In this document: positions 39,001 to 47,900 of the stretch, in pieces
Layout: the number at the start of each line of letters is the position of its first letter
How positions within the stretch are numbered: position 1 is the first letter of the stretch
Assembly: GCA_964583685.1 (NCBI GenBank)
Contig: CAZOVJ010000001.1
Span: 4,033 to 68,032, forward strand
DNA from: an uncultured Gammaproteobacteria bacterium
Lineage (GTDB): Bacteria; Patescibacteriota; Microgenomatia; UBA8517
Reading direction: 5' to 3'
Length of the DNA: 64,000 bases
The notes under the pieces: generated by a model
Seen by the model: the letters and a program-made list of their open reading frames with translations, nothing else
Database searches by the model: none
Told to the model about the DNA's origin: nothing
Made by a program: the position numbers and the translations under genes

Positions 39001-41272
39001 AGTAGATGCGGAAGGAGTCGATAATGCCATTGAAGTAACCACCGGGGCTTCCTCCGGAATTCCATCTACCAATATCTCTGGTGTTTGTTGTTATAGTGCC
39101 TCCAGCATCATTATCACTGCCTTCAAGCACTCCGTTTAGATAAACATACACATTGGCTCCATCTCTTACACCTACAGCGTGATACCAAGTGCCATTTTGT
39201 AAAGTTGTAGTTCCTTGGGCTAAAGCAGAATTTCCTCCGGTGTCGTTTCTAGTGATAAAAGCAATGTTGCTACTCGGTGTATAGAGTTGACCCAAAATCG
39301 AATCGCTATCTGTTGTGCTTCTTTGGGCAAAAATACTTTTTGTTGTACTAGGATCAGATGTTCTAAACCAGGCTTCTACAGTATAAGTAGTTCCAGATAA
39401 TGGATTGTTGGAGAGTGAAACATAATCATTACTTCCGTCAAACATCAATGCTGCCGGATTATTTTGAGGCCAGCGGCCGTTATTGGTTGTCCAGCCGCTT
39501 CCGGCAACAACATCCTGGCCTGAGGTATTAGAGAAACTATTGAGTGTACCAGTGTTTCCTTGACCAGATGAGTCAGCTGCAGAAGTATCTGAAGTCTCGT
39601 TGAACTTCCAAAAGCCTGCAAGATTACTAGACGAATATGGAGTCTCGCCATCGCCGGTTTGGACGCCTGACTCTGTCCATTCAAGTGAGTCAAGGCTGGC
39701 TACTAATGTTCCCAGGTCAATTGAATCCGAGGTATAAACAGCATATGGCCGGCGCTGGGCAGCAAGCTTAATTTCTTCCGGTGTCCGGGCAATATTGGAG
39801 ATGCGAACTTCGTCAATAAGGCCATCAAAACGATAAGAAGCCCAACTTGTTCCTCCAGCTCCAAGGTGTAGTGCTCCCCCGTTGGTACCTGCTGTTGCTG
39901 TGACAGTTTTTACAGATTTACCATCTACATAGAAAATGCCTGTAGTCCCCGAACGAGTATAAGCCACATGTTTCCATTCGCCGTCTTCTTTAATTTCATG
40001 TCCACTGTAAGCCCAAGTGCCTCCACCCCAAAAACTTAATTCATTAGTGCTGTTATTTCTTAGAGCGAAAATGAAGCCGTTACTGCCACCAGTATATGTT
40101 CCTACAATACCCTTCGAATCGTCGGCAATATTGTCTGGGTTGATCCAAACTTCTACTGTATAGTCACCTGATAGGGTGAATTGATCGCTATCCGAAATAG
40201 AAACATAGTCGGTATCAGCATCGAAACTACCAGAATGAGACCCGAGCTTGGCAGGGGTTGAAAATGTGGGGGTTCCTTGAGCAGTACCATTGTGGCCATT
40301 TTTAGAACTATCATTCCAGCTGTTATTCATATGCCAAAGGCCGACGGTGTGCCCGTCGGCCGGTAGCTCTTGATAATAGGTTTCCAGGCTGGGAGAGGCG
40401 CCTGAACCAGTGTCTTTTACCCGGTTGAATTGGCCGTTAGCAAACTCGCTTGATTCATCATGAACAACCGTTGGATCAATGAGTACAGGAAATACTCGTT
40501 CCGGAGAATTAAGCCAATTCGGGTCAATGGTAATAATGGCGCTATAATTTTTTGTTTCTAAATCCCTTTTGATTAAGATTTGTACATTATCGGTCTGAGA
40601 AGTCTTTGCATCATAAGCAAAAGGCTTTTCAAAATGGAAGAGGTAATTGCCATCTTTATCAAAAAAAGCGGTGCCGCTAATATTTTCGGTGATATATTGG
40701 GGAATTGCCCCTTCTGTTTTTAAGCCAAAGGGAAACCTAACAATTTGAGAAGGCTGGTTGATGATTATTTCTTCTTTGACTCCCAGGGGAATAGTTTGAT
40801 ATTCAAAGTCTATGTTTGGATATACATTTTTAAAAAGCAGTTTTTTATCTTCTTTAATTGGAACTTGCAGTTTTTTATTGACGCCGGCAGGAACAAAAGC
40901 GATTTTATTGTTCTCGGAAGTGCTAAATTCAACAATTGGCAGATTTGAATTTTTATCGCCTAACTGAACCTGAAATTTTTTGGATTTGGCCGTATAAAGA
41001 TAAAGCGAGTTTTGGGCAGCCATTTTCAGTTTAGGGGCCCGAGGAATCGAAGCCCATTTTTTATAAAGGGGAGCAATAATGGCGATAAGTAAAATACTAA
41101 TTCCGAAAGTAAGGGCTATTCTTTTCTTTCTCCGGCTGCTATGTTTGCATTTCCAGACTACCAGCTTGAGCAAATAATGGCAGTATTTGAGATAATAAGA
41201 AAAATAGGCAGGAATTTTCTTCTTACTGATTTTACCTCTAGGGTATACGCGAGGCCTTGACATATTAGTCAT
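33020..41272 (-). CDS. giant cell-surface protein (2750 aa): N-terminal TM anchor, at least 5 LamG/concanavalin-like domains, Gly-rich beta-rich region, C-terminal FN3-like domain
   Basis: ORF track. Recurrent LamG signatures (FDG.IDEVRISN.ARS/T..EI about five times). Gly runs (GGGGGGDKH, GGGGGGYGTNG). FN3-like WQDNSGDETGFDIQR near the C-terminus. Confidence 0.8.
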   Translation of the reverse strand: MTNMSRPRVYPRGKISKKKIPAYFSYYLKYCHYLLKLVVWKCKHSSRRKKRIALTFGISILLIAIIAPLYKKWASIPRAPKLKMAAQNSLYLYTAKSKKFQVQLGDKNSNLPIVEFSTSENNKIAFVPAGVNKKLQVPIKEDKKLLFKNVYPNIDFEYQTIPLGVKEEIIINQPSQIVRFPFGLKTEGAIPQYITENISGTAFFDKDGNYLFHFEKPFAYDAKTSQTDNVQILIKRDLETKNYSAIITIDPNWLNSPERVFPVLIDPTVVHDESSEFANGQFNRVKDTGSGASPSLETYYQELPADGHTVGLWHMNNSWNDSSKNGHNGTAQGTPTFSTPAKLGSHSGSFDADTDYVSISDSDQFTLSGDYTVEVWINPDNIADDSKGIVGTYTGGSNGFIFALRNNSTNELSFWGGGTWAYSGHEIKEDGEWKHVAYTRSGTTGIFYVDGKSVKTVTATAGTNGGALHLGAGGTSWASYRFDGLIDEVRISNIARTPEEIKLAAQRRPYAVYTSDSIDLGTLVASLDSLEWTESGVQTGDGETPYSSSNLAGFWKFNETSDTSAADSSGQGNTGTLNSFSNTSGQDVVAGSGWTTNNGRWPQNNPAALMFDGSNDYVSLSNNPLSGTTYTVEAWFRTSDPSTTKSIFAQRSTTDSDSILGQLYTPSSNIAFITRNDTGGNSALAQGTTTLQNGTWYHAVGVRDGANVYVYLNGVLEGSDNDAGGTITTNTRDIGRWNSGGSPGGYFNGIIDSFRIYSRALGADEILSNYQSGQIEFQTRTSADNSSWEAWKPTANETQIDSMDNPLNWATPSASIWEGVPIATSSSSLAIEGNGSLKTILGAPQVDSHTVALWHLDETNGDLEGDDVFDETANNNDGELYGTAPGPEPVESIFGKARDFNGTDDYVDCGDDNIWDFGSGNYAIEAWVKRNSFNTNDMIIGKDDDGSGNRQFFMLIHSDDDIRFSYTDTGDNQIYLDSSSTITDNEWHYLAGQRNGDSFEIYIDGVLDNSGTTSGTHGTMDSTVTNLLIGKRHYSGYTDEFDGIIDEVRISNVARSAEEISEAYRAGRDHRLGRTISSTDLSSKGKLPFYIAADRPGTYLETTIGESAYTNNQPDGNTKGLWHLEENQPIFYDYFLTDTTGRYSWETVDTNAPTNSHAWDSSNHWLHVLTGDNDAENATAYADIPTSGYAKIVFIKRLDYPTDNVQSLYLFQDANNYYQFNWQGSGYSTQGVYKVVGSSTVDSSAERGTVDTNGNEYTIEMWWTPSSMKLAIDGTVRKDITTTNTTAINPSYFKFYSSQINFDWESIEIHSLDEIKDSSGNGNHGYPSGTTFLQGKIGKARDLNGSSNYINVNDSASLDMTDSYTTEAWVRFDTTSSNQVIYAKGKSGDVYNGGLDWTTTDNFRFYGSPTGGAAVTYTLTPNTGEWYYIVGVFDNSGNTSKLYINGAEVASATDNGTPTANNYPLWIGARKSSTGGVENPFDGTIDEVRISDTARTAAQIRQAYEIGQRTHPITIDFAAKLDANDIKGTSEANAKTDTSITIDATHFGLTDKGSNLYEDDKIIVRENYGGTEYIAQGTVSSITTSTGAVTVDSWTGTVPNPDTGVCGGSDTHCFTSNASVFKWQREYWDISDPPDNQLDTCTQLTLRVTNADEGRTVWLDDFESASDYMATPGGSSISSTAQRYFQYRAIISNHSPSPSLTSVTLNYTENNPPGATTLSDAYLHDNLKTNDTTPEIRFAATDPESDNLTYQIQWDTDTSFPSPSSAVSDTNPGFTNVDDGGDDDPFNSGDTISYTFQAALTNNTTYFYKVHAKDPGGSNTYGNWSSVRSFTIDTSLTNDAWFQTHADQFSTDTLANGATVDDSSNYVYTLSSFQIDNADTASNWVSSDTGDLLVEQETSLKQEGTGSVKLSNNFTGDGADGAITVSSNKNLNTDPIASGRSVADAEAFQVSSIGTNIITVTGTGTDGTAASSLSNSISSDDEIILINLRDSSSTYTNVGNYEFCQVSSISSATITCNINIQKTYGESSNSDLTGQNVVVQRVPNYTNVTINNGITLTVNSWNGTYGGLIAFRANGTVTVTGTIDTYEKGYRGGSGSSGDNYGYQGESTSGTGSKSMSYKQQGGGGGGDKHVPAAHNASGGGGGGYGTNGSNGKPCTQGGGVGAGGHTYGSSSLDKLYLGSGGGEGGSKDPRSGGNGGNAGGIVFIGTDTISVSGYIKANGRNGWPGQPSEPYTAGGGGGSGGSILLQANTATLGSSLVKAGGGSGGSGYVWGGAGGSGGSGRIRVEADSITGTTSPAASTTGSPSGDALNETATLTKSATDLSITSFITFWARSDRTGQFMRFQFGESASDEQTYDITINSADTWEKKTWDISGISAADRDAVTKFAYKVTNADSAFAFYFDDIQATYSSGTIMSTSITVVNIYSSASHWKQLLFTDDEANGDIKYKIYYDDSGTPTIVPDGDLTDNSSGFDTSPVDLTSLDTTSYPILYVQGTLTYSGGSPQLQDWQLSLNTKPNTPSLDLPSDTASNQILYTVLKTTTTDADSDYLHYKIELDTVNTFDSANLQTFDQTESQTGWSGQDAQSETAYASGTQATYTIQTALDNNTTYYWRSYAIDPAGTNLWSSTQETPYSFTTAAKPNAPSHCLIEEAVDDSYLNLKWQDNSGDETGFDIQRNESAAGFTSLTTKPADSTSHQDSTISQTNTYAYRVRAYKTVGGETLYSGWCTTATVSLESATFEFQGVNIQGVDLQ

Positions 41273-41324
41273 AATTTGTTACTATACTTTCAATCACGCC
41301 CCTCGGGAAACCGGGGGGACATTT

Positions 41325-41897
41325 TTAGCTACACCCCGCCTTTGAGTGGGGATGATTTTTGAAAACAGGCATTTTGTTTATTTCGGTTTTGAAAATCCCC
41401 TTTTTCATTTCCCATACTTCTTTGCCCAAATGATGTTTGGCGTAGATGACAATTACTTGTTTTTTCTGTTTGATCAAATATCTATAAAGGGGGGCGAAGT
41501 CACCATCACCAGAAAAGAAGATATATGAATCGAATTTATTGGGATTGAGCAAAATCTCCATACATATTTCTAAATCAAAGTCGCATTTCCTTTTGAAAAT
41601 GGGAGGATGATCATTGATTTTTATATGTTTGACCGGCTTGGTGCGGAGATGGAAGCCAATGTTTTTGATTCTGGTTAAAAAGGCTTTGGATTTTGGGTGA
41701 TTGTCGGTGCCGTAGTAAAAATTGATCTGCTTGATTTTTTTATATGATTTGAGATAGCGGAAGAGTTTGATAGGGGAGATGGCTTTTTTAAGCGAATTTC
41801 TCCAGCCATAAACGTTGGCCCAATCAATAAATACAGCAGTTTTGCCTTTAAGCTTCAAGAATGTTGTTGATTTTTGTTTGTGTTTTAAGTTTTTCAT
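41325..41897 (-). CDS. NYN/LabA-like (DUF88) predicted ribonuclease
   Basis: AVFIDWANV ... GTDNH ... FFSGDGDFAPL motifs typical of NYN domains. 190 aa. Confidence 0.6.
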   Translation of the reverse strand: MKNLKHKQKSTTFLKLKGKTAVFIDWANVYGWRNSLKKAISPIKLFRYLKSYKKIKQINFYYGTDNHPKSKAFLTRIKNIGFHLRTKPVKHIKINDHPPIFKRKCDFDLEICMEILLNPNKFDSYIFFSGDGDFAPLYRYLIKQKKQVIVIYAKHHLGKEVWEMKKGIFKTEINKMPVFKNHPHSKAGCS

Positions 41898-41949
41898 TTC
41901 TGTTTTATCACACCTCTAAGGTGTCTCCATTTTTCACCTTAGAGGTGTG

Positions 41950-44900
41950 CTATTCTGTGACATCAATAATCCACCAGTTGAATTCCACGTCTACTTCTAG
42001 GGCCTGATTAAATCCGACGACAAAGTTGGGCTTACATTCCTGAGTTTCTTCAGTACAGCTATTCTTGCTCTTGACATAGAGAACATTGTTCAGAGTAGAG
42101 GAGGTGGGTGTAACATAAATCAGGCTGTAGTCGGTCACCCTTGGATTCTTGATGGTTATTTCTCGACTGCCAGCCGGAATCATGGCCTTGCCGGCCGTGG
42201 CATTGGTTTCCGTCACCAGGCCAGTGAGCAAGGTGGCCGAGGTGGTTGCTTCGCTGCCGGCAATAATTAGCTTATCAGTGCTGACGGTTTTGAACTGGCC
42301 AGAGCCTGAGGCATCAATACTGGCAATCTCATTGCCTTCCGCATCAAGCAGATTGAGTAATTTTCCAAACCCGCCTGCCGGCGAGGCAGGCCCGCCATTT
42401 TCCTGTTCACTTTCTCTCAGAGTCAGGCCCGAGGCTTCAATCTGGCCCCCAACATAAAGATTGCCTGTAATTTGCATGTTTCCATCAGTGTCTATCCTCA
42501 CCTTACCGGCCATGATTTCCAAAGGCGCCAGGGCCAGGGACTGTAATTTCAAAGGAGCAGAGAGGGTGTCAATAGAATTAATGGTCAGTGATTGGTCATC
42601 GGTCATTTGTGATTGGATTATTAAATCGGGGCCGATGGTCAGAGATTGAGAAAGTGATAGGCTATTCATGGCAGCCGTTTCAGTGACATAAAGATTGTTA
42701 AGAGCCAACTCATCGAGATTGCTAGAATCTGTGGCTGTATTAATATTCCAATCCGTGGAATCAGCCAAAAGTGATTGCTCTTCTTCTGCCTCCCTCAATA
42801 ATTCTTCAATTTCCTCAAGCGTGATAGACTGCTCACTGTCCACTGTTGACAGTTCACTGGTAACTATTTCATCGGCGTAGATTTTTTTAGCATGTAATTC
42901 TCCAGCAATAGTGGCATCGCTGGCTACTGCTAGCTGGTTGCTGCTCATCTTTCCACTAAAGCTGGCCTGCCTCGCCTCAAGGTCTCCGGCAAGGCGGGCG
43001 TTCCCCTCAGCATCAATTGAGGCTACTTCCTCGCCTCCTTCACCTTTAACAATTAACTTTCCAAAGGCCGATTCCGAAGCATCCGGGCTGCTGTTATCCA
43101 AATCAATGACCAAATTACCATCAGGCACGGGCGAGATGAGCTCGGTTTCAATCAAGGCTGTCTTTATTCCCACCGCCCGCAAGCCATCAACAGCCAATTC
43201 TCTGGCCGTTATTGCCCCGGCTTTGATATTTTCTGTTACTTCAAGGGCAAAGGTCTTTATCTCTTTTGCAGATAGGGTTTCATAAATATTGACAACAGCG
43301 GCCGAAAGGGTTTTACTAGCCAGATTGCCAAGTTGGCTTAATTGTTCAAGAATGGCTTGGCTTTCACCTTCAGAGATAGTGATCGGACTGCTGTCTTCCA
43401 ATTTGCTGTGCCATGCACCGAGTCCCAGAAGATTGCCGGTCTGGTCAATGGCATAGGTGCCGGCTTCTCTGTCAGTAATCTTGACCTGATCAAAAACTTC
43501 ATCCCCAGTATCAACGCCAGGGTTGTAGTAGGAAAGGTTGACAAAAGCCATGACTTGACCAGAGTAGCCATTGAATTCTTCCATGGCCTTGCCAATAATC
43601 GGTCCAGCAGAATTGGCTTTCATGGCTACACCAGGGACAGAAGAGCTAGTCAAGGGGTCGCCGCGCTTAATTACGCCACCTTCAAGGCTAACCTTGACCG
43701 GAACCCGGCCGGCCAAAGCAACAGGGTAGGCATCTGACTGCTGACGAGTGCCATCAATGTTACCCAGTACCATGCCCGGTTCAGAGGAAACAATACCAAT
43801 GCTGCTGGGGTCATAAGCTTGGCTAGATTTGTTAATCTTTTTGTCTTCATTAAAGTTAATGGCAACAACATCACCCGCCCCAAGAGGCTCGGTGCTTCGG
43901 TAGTATTCGGCCAAATCAGCACCAGCCCCAGTCCTTCTGCAATAAATGGCCCACCAAAACAAGCGAAGATATGATCCTGAGCCAGGAACCTTACCCCGAA
44001 CCCTGAAAGTTACGGTTCCGCTGCTGGGCATCGTGACGCCCGTCGCCGAGAGGGCAATCGGGGAGCGTGATGTGAAGCTGACCTCAGACCCAGAGATGGA
44101 CTGCGAGTTGGTCACGTCGTAGAGTTCAAGGTAGCCCGTGCCGTCCTGATCCATCTGGGTGAGTACCCAGAAGTCGAAGGTCCAATGTGTGCCTAGACCG
44201 CCCATGTTCACTGTCACACTCGATTGGGAGGCGAAGTCTGCATAGGTGGCTGATGTGGTTACTCTTTGATTTGGGTCAGTGGCGACGTATTGGATATCGG
44301 GGGCTGTTTCCAGGTCTCCTTCATCTATACAACCGTCGCACTCAAAGTCGGTTGCAGTAACAGTACCACTAACTTCAAGAGCGGTTGAGGGATTCGTTGT
44401 GCCAATTCCTACCTTGCCAGAATTATCGATGACAAATTTAGGCGTTCCTGAAGCGGAAGCGGTAAAGATGTCTCCACCTTTGGTTTGATTGACCATTAGG
44501 GCCGCCTGGCCAAGATTGGCCGTATTCTCAATCAACCAACTGGAAGCAGACAGAGTATTATAAGCAGTGGTCGGAGTATCGGTGAAGGTGATGGTTGATG
44601 TTCCCAAGGTTTTATTGGCAATAATTAAGCCATCCAGAAACAAAACTCCGTCAATTTCCAGGTCGCCGCTGATAAGCAAGTCATCTGCGGCAGTCAGGTT
44701 GCCTGAGTGGCCAGTTGTTGCTGTGCCAAATCGAGAATAGGCGGCGGTTGTTGTCGAGCCGACCTGCAGAGCATCATTGATGCCGACCCTACCAGAGTGC
44801 TCAATAACGAATTTGGTTGTTCCCGAGGCCGAGGCTGTAAAGATGGCCTGGTCACCGGTTTCATTGAAGATTGCTAAGGCTTTACCGACAACAGCTCCAT

Positions 44901-47900
44901 CAACATGAAGTTTGGAGATTGGAGAAGCGGTGCCAATACCGACCTGACCGGCAAAATAGGCGTCATTGACATTAATCAGATTGTCGCTGGCCAGAGAAAT
45001 GTTGTCAGATGCAGCGTTGATGGTAATATCCCCGGAGTCGTTGGAAATTGTCGAGGTTGCATTATAAAGCTTGAGAACACCCGCGTTGGTTAAAGCCATT
45101 TTTGGCGTGCCCGAAGCAGAGGCTGTTAGTATATCTCCATCTTTGGTTTGGTTGACCATCAAGGCAGCTAGACCAACATTGGCCGTGTTTTCAATCAGCC
45201 AACTGGAAGCAGAAAGTGAATTGTAGGAAGTGGTCGGCGTATCGGTGAAGGTGATTGTTGATGTTCCCAGGGTTTTATTGGCAATAATTAAGCCATCCAG
45301 AAACAAAACCCCATCAATTTCCAGGTCGCCGCTTACAAGTAAATCATCAGCAGTTGTCAGATTACCGGCATGACCCGTGGTAGCAGTGCCAAATCGGGAA
45401 TAGCTAACATCAGCTGCCGCCCCTCCAGCCTGAAGGTCTCCAGACAGGCCTACATGGAAAGTAGCAGAAGAAGTAGAGGTTCCTCCTACAGCTAGTTCAT
45501 AGACACTCTCATGCCTGGGAGCAATGACATTGGAGGAGAGTTGCCAGTAACCAGAGAAACTAGTTTCACCAGCAGCTATCTCTCTAACATAATTAAGGGC
45601 ATCAACCAAGGCTCTGTCTCCAGAGGGGAAAGGGCTGAGGTCTGTATCAGAGACAGTTAAAGGAATATTGGTCGCATTATCATCTGTAAACAAAAGATCT
45701 CCTACAGAAGAGAGAGTAAGATTACCAGAGGTTGTTGTAGAAAAGGTTAGATTTGCATCTGAGCGGGTAATTAAACCTCCATCGGCAGTAATGGTACCAG
45801 TAGCTGTCAAAGCATCATCTACATTGACTGTGCCTCCAGCAGAATCAAGGGTTAAGTTACCAGAAACAGTATCTATTTCCTCGTCTCCGGTTACTCCTAC
45901 CTTAATATTACCAGCTGTTACTCCAGCAAAAGAGGGATTGGCATCAGTGGTTAAGTCCTGATTAACATAAGTATCATCTTCTACTGTTAAGGTCTTACTA
46001 GCAGCAGAGAAGGTGAGGGTACCAGCATGACCATCTCCAATGGTAAAATCTTCATTTAAGGTCAGGCTTCTATCACCAGCAGCTACCAGGAAATTCAAGG
46101 TTCTGTCTGCTACTGTTTCATTTTCATTCCAAACAAGACTTAATTGATGGGAATCATTAGTATCCTGTATCTGCAGATAATCAGCCAAAACATAGGAAGA
46201 GAAACTACCATAACCTCCAGTGGTAGTAATATTACCAGTGGCTGTCAAAGTGCCATTAACACTCAAGGCACCAGAAGCCAGTTGTATTAAATCAGTATCA
46301 GTAGAGATGCCAATATCTCCACCGTTAACTTGAAGATTATCAGTAATAGCTAGATAACTACCAGTAACATCAATAGTTAAGTTTCCAGCATTACTAACAG
46401 TAAACCTGGCATCATATGTATCATCAGTATGTGTCAGTCTTAATTGTTCTGAGCTTGAAGATACTTCTAATTTAGCATCTGGACTTGAATCTCCAATGCC
46501 AATATTGTCTGCTCCCGCATCAACAAAGAACAAATTAACATCTGTATCTCCTTCTATTCTCAAATCAGCATCATTGCCTTGTTCATTAAAGACAGCACCT
46601 CCATCAGCATGGAAGATAATATCTGCAGAAGAGCTGGCCGTGTCGCCAATAAGAACATCAAGGGTAGTATTGATAGGATAGAGAGCGCCGCTACTTTCAG
46701 TCCACCAGCCCTCACCACCTCCGCTTTGGGCTACCCAGGATAAAGTGCCTGTACTATTGGTGGAAAGAATATCACCAGAAGAACCATCACTCCCAGGCCA
46801 GGTATATACCACTGTATTAAATTGAGTAGTCCCTATATTGGCCAGATTGCCTGAATTATCTATCCTGTTAGTAGAATTAGTCTGAATTACTCCTCCAGAG
46901 GAATCAATATTACCAGTAGCTGTCAAAGCATCATCTACATTGACTGTGCCTCCAGCAGAATCAAGGGTTAAGTTACCAGAAACAGTATCTATTTCCTCGT
47001 CTCCGGTTACTCCTACCTTAATATTACCAGCTGTTACTCCAGCAAAAGAGGGATTGGCATCAGTGGTTAAGTCCTGATTAACATAAGTATCATCTTCTAC
47101 TGTTAAGGTCTTACTAGCAGCAGAGAAGGTGAGGGTACCAGCATGACCATCTCCAATGGTAAAATCTTCATTTAAGGTCAGGCTTCTATCACCAGCAGCT
47201 ACCAGGAAATTCAAGGTTCTGTCTGCTACTGTTTCATTTTCATTCCAAACAAGACTTAATTGATGGGAATCATTAGTATCCTGTATCTGCAGATAATCAG
47301 CCAAAACATAGGAAGAGAAACTACCATAACCTCCAGTGGTAGTAATGTTGCTATCAGAGGTAATACTGCCTACATCACTAATATTACCTGAACTATCTAT
47401 ATCAAAAGCACCATTAGCTGCCTTCACTGCTCCTGTATTGGCTGCAACATGGAAGGTAGCAGCTGCAGTAGAGGTTCCTCCTATCCCCAAATCATGCCAA
47501 AGGGCATTCTTGGGATGAATAGTTTCTCCGGTTAAGGTCCAATATATTCCTCCAGCTACAGCCACATCAGGATCTACCCAAGAAAGAGTGCCTGTACTAT
47601 TGGTGGAAAGAATATCACCAGAAGAACCATCACTCCCAGGCCAGGTATATACCACTGTATTAAATTGAGTAGTCCCTATATTGGCCAGATTGCCTGAATT
47701 ATCTATCCTGTTAGTAGAATTAGTCTGAATTACTCCTCCAGAGGAATCAATATTACCAGTAGCTGTCAAAGTGCCATTAACACTCAAGGCACCAGAAGCC
47801 AGTTGTATTAAATCAGTATCAGTAGAGATGCCAATATCTCCACCGTTAACTTGAAGATTATCAGTAATAGCTAGATAACTACCAGTAACATCAATAGTTA

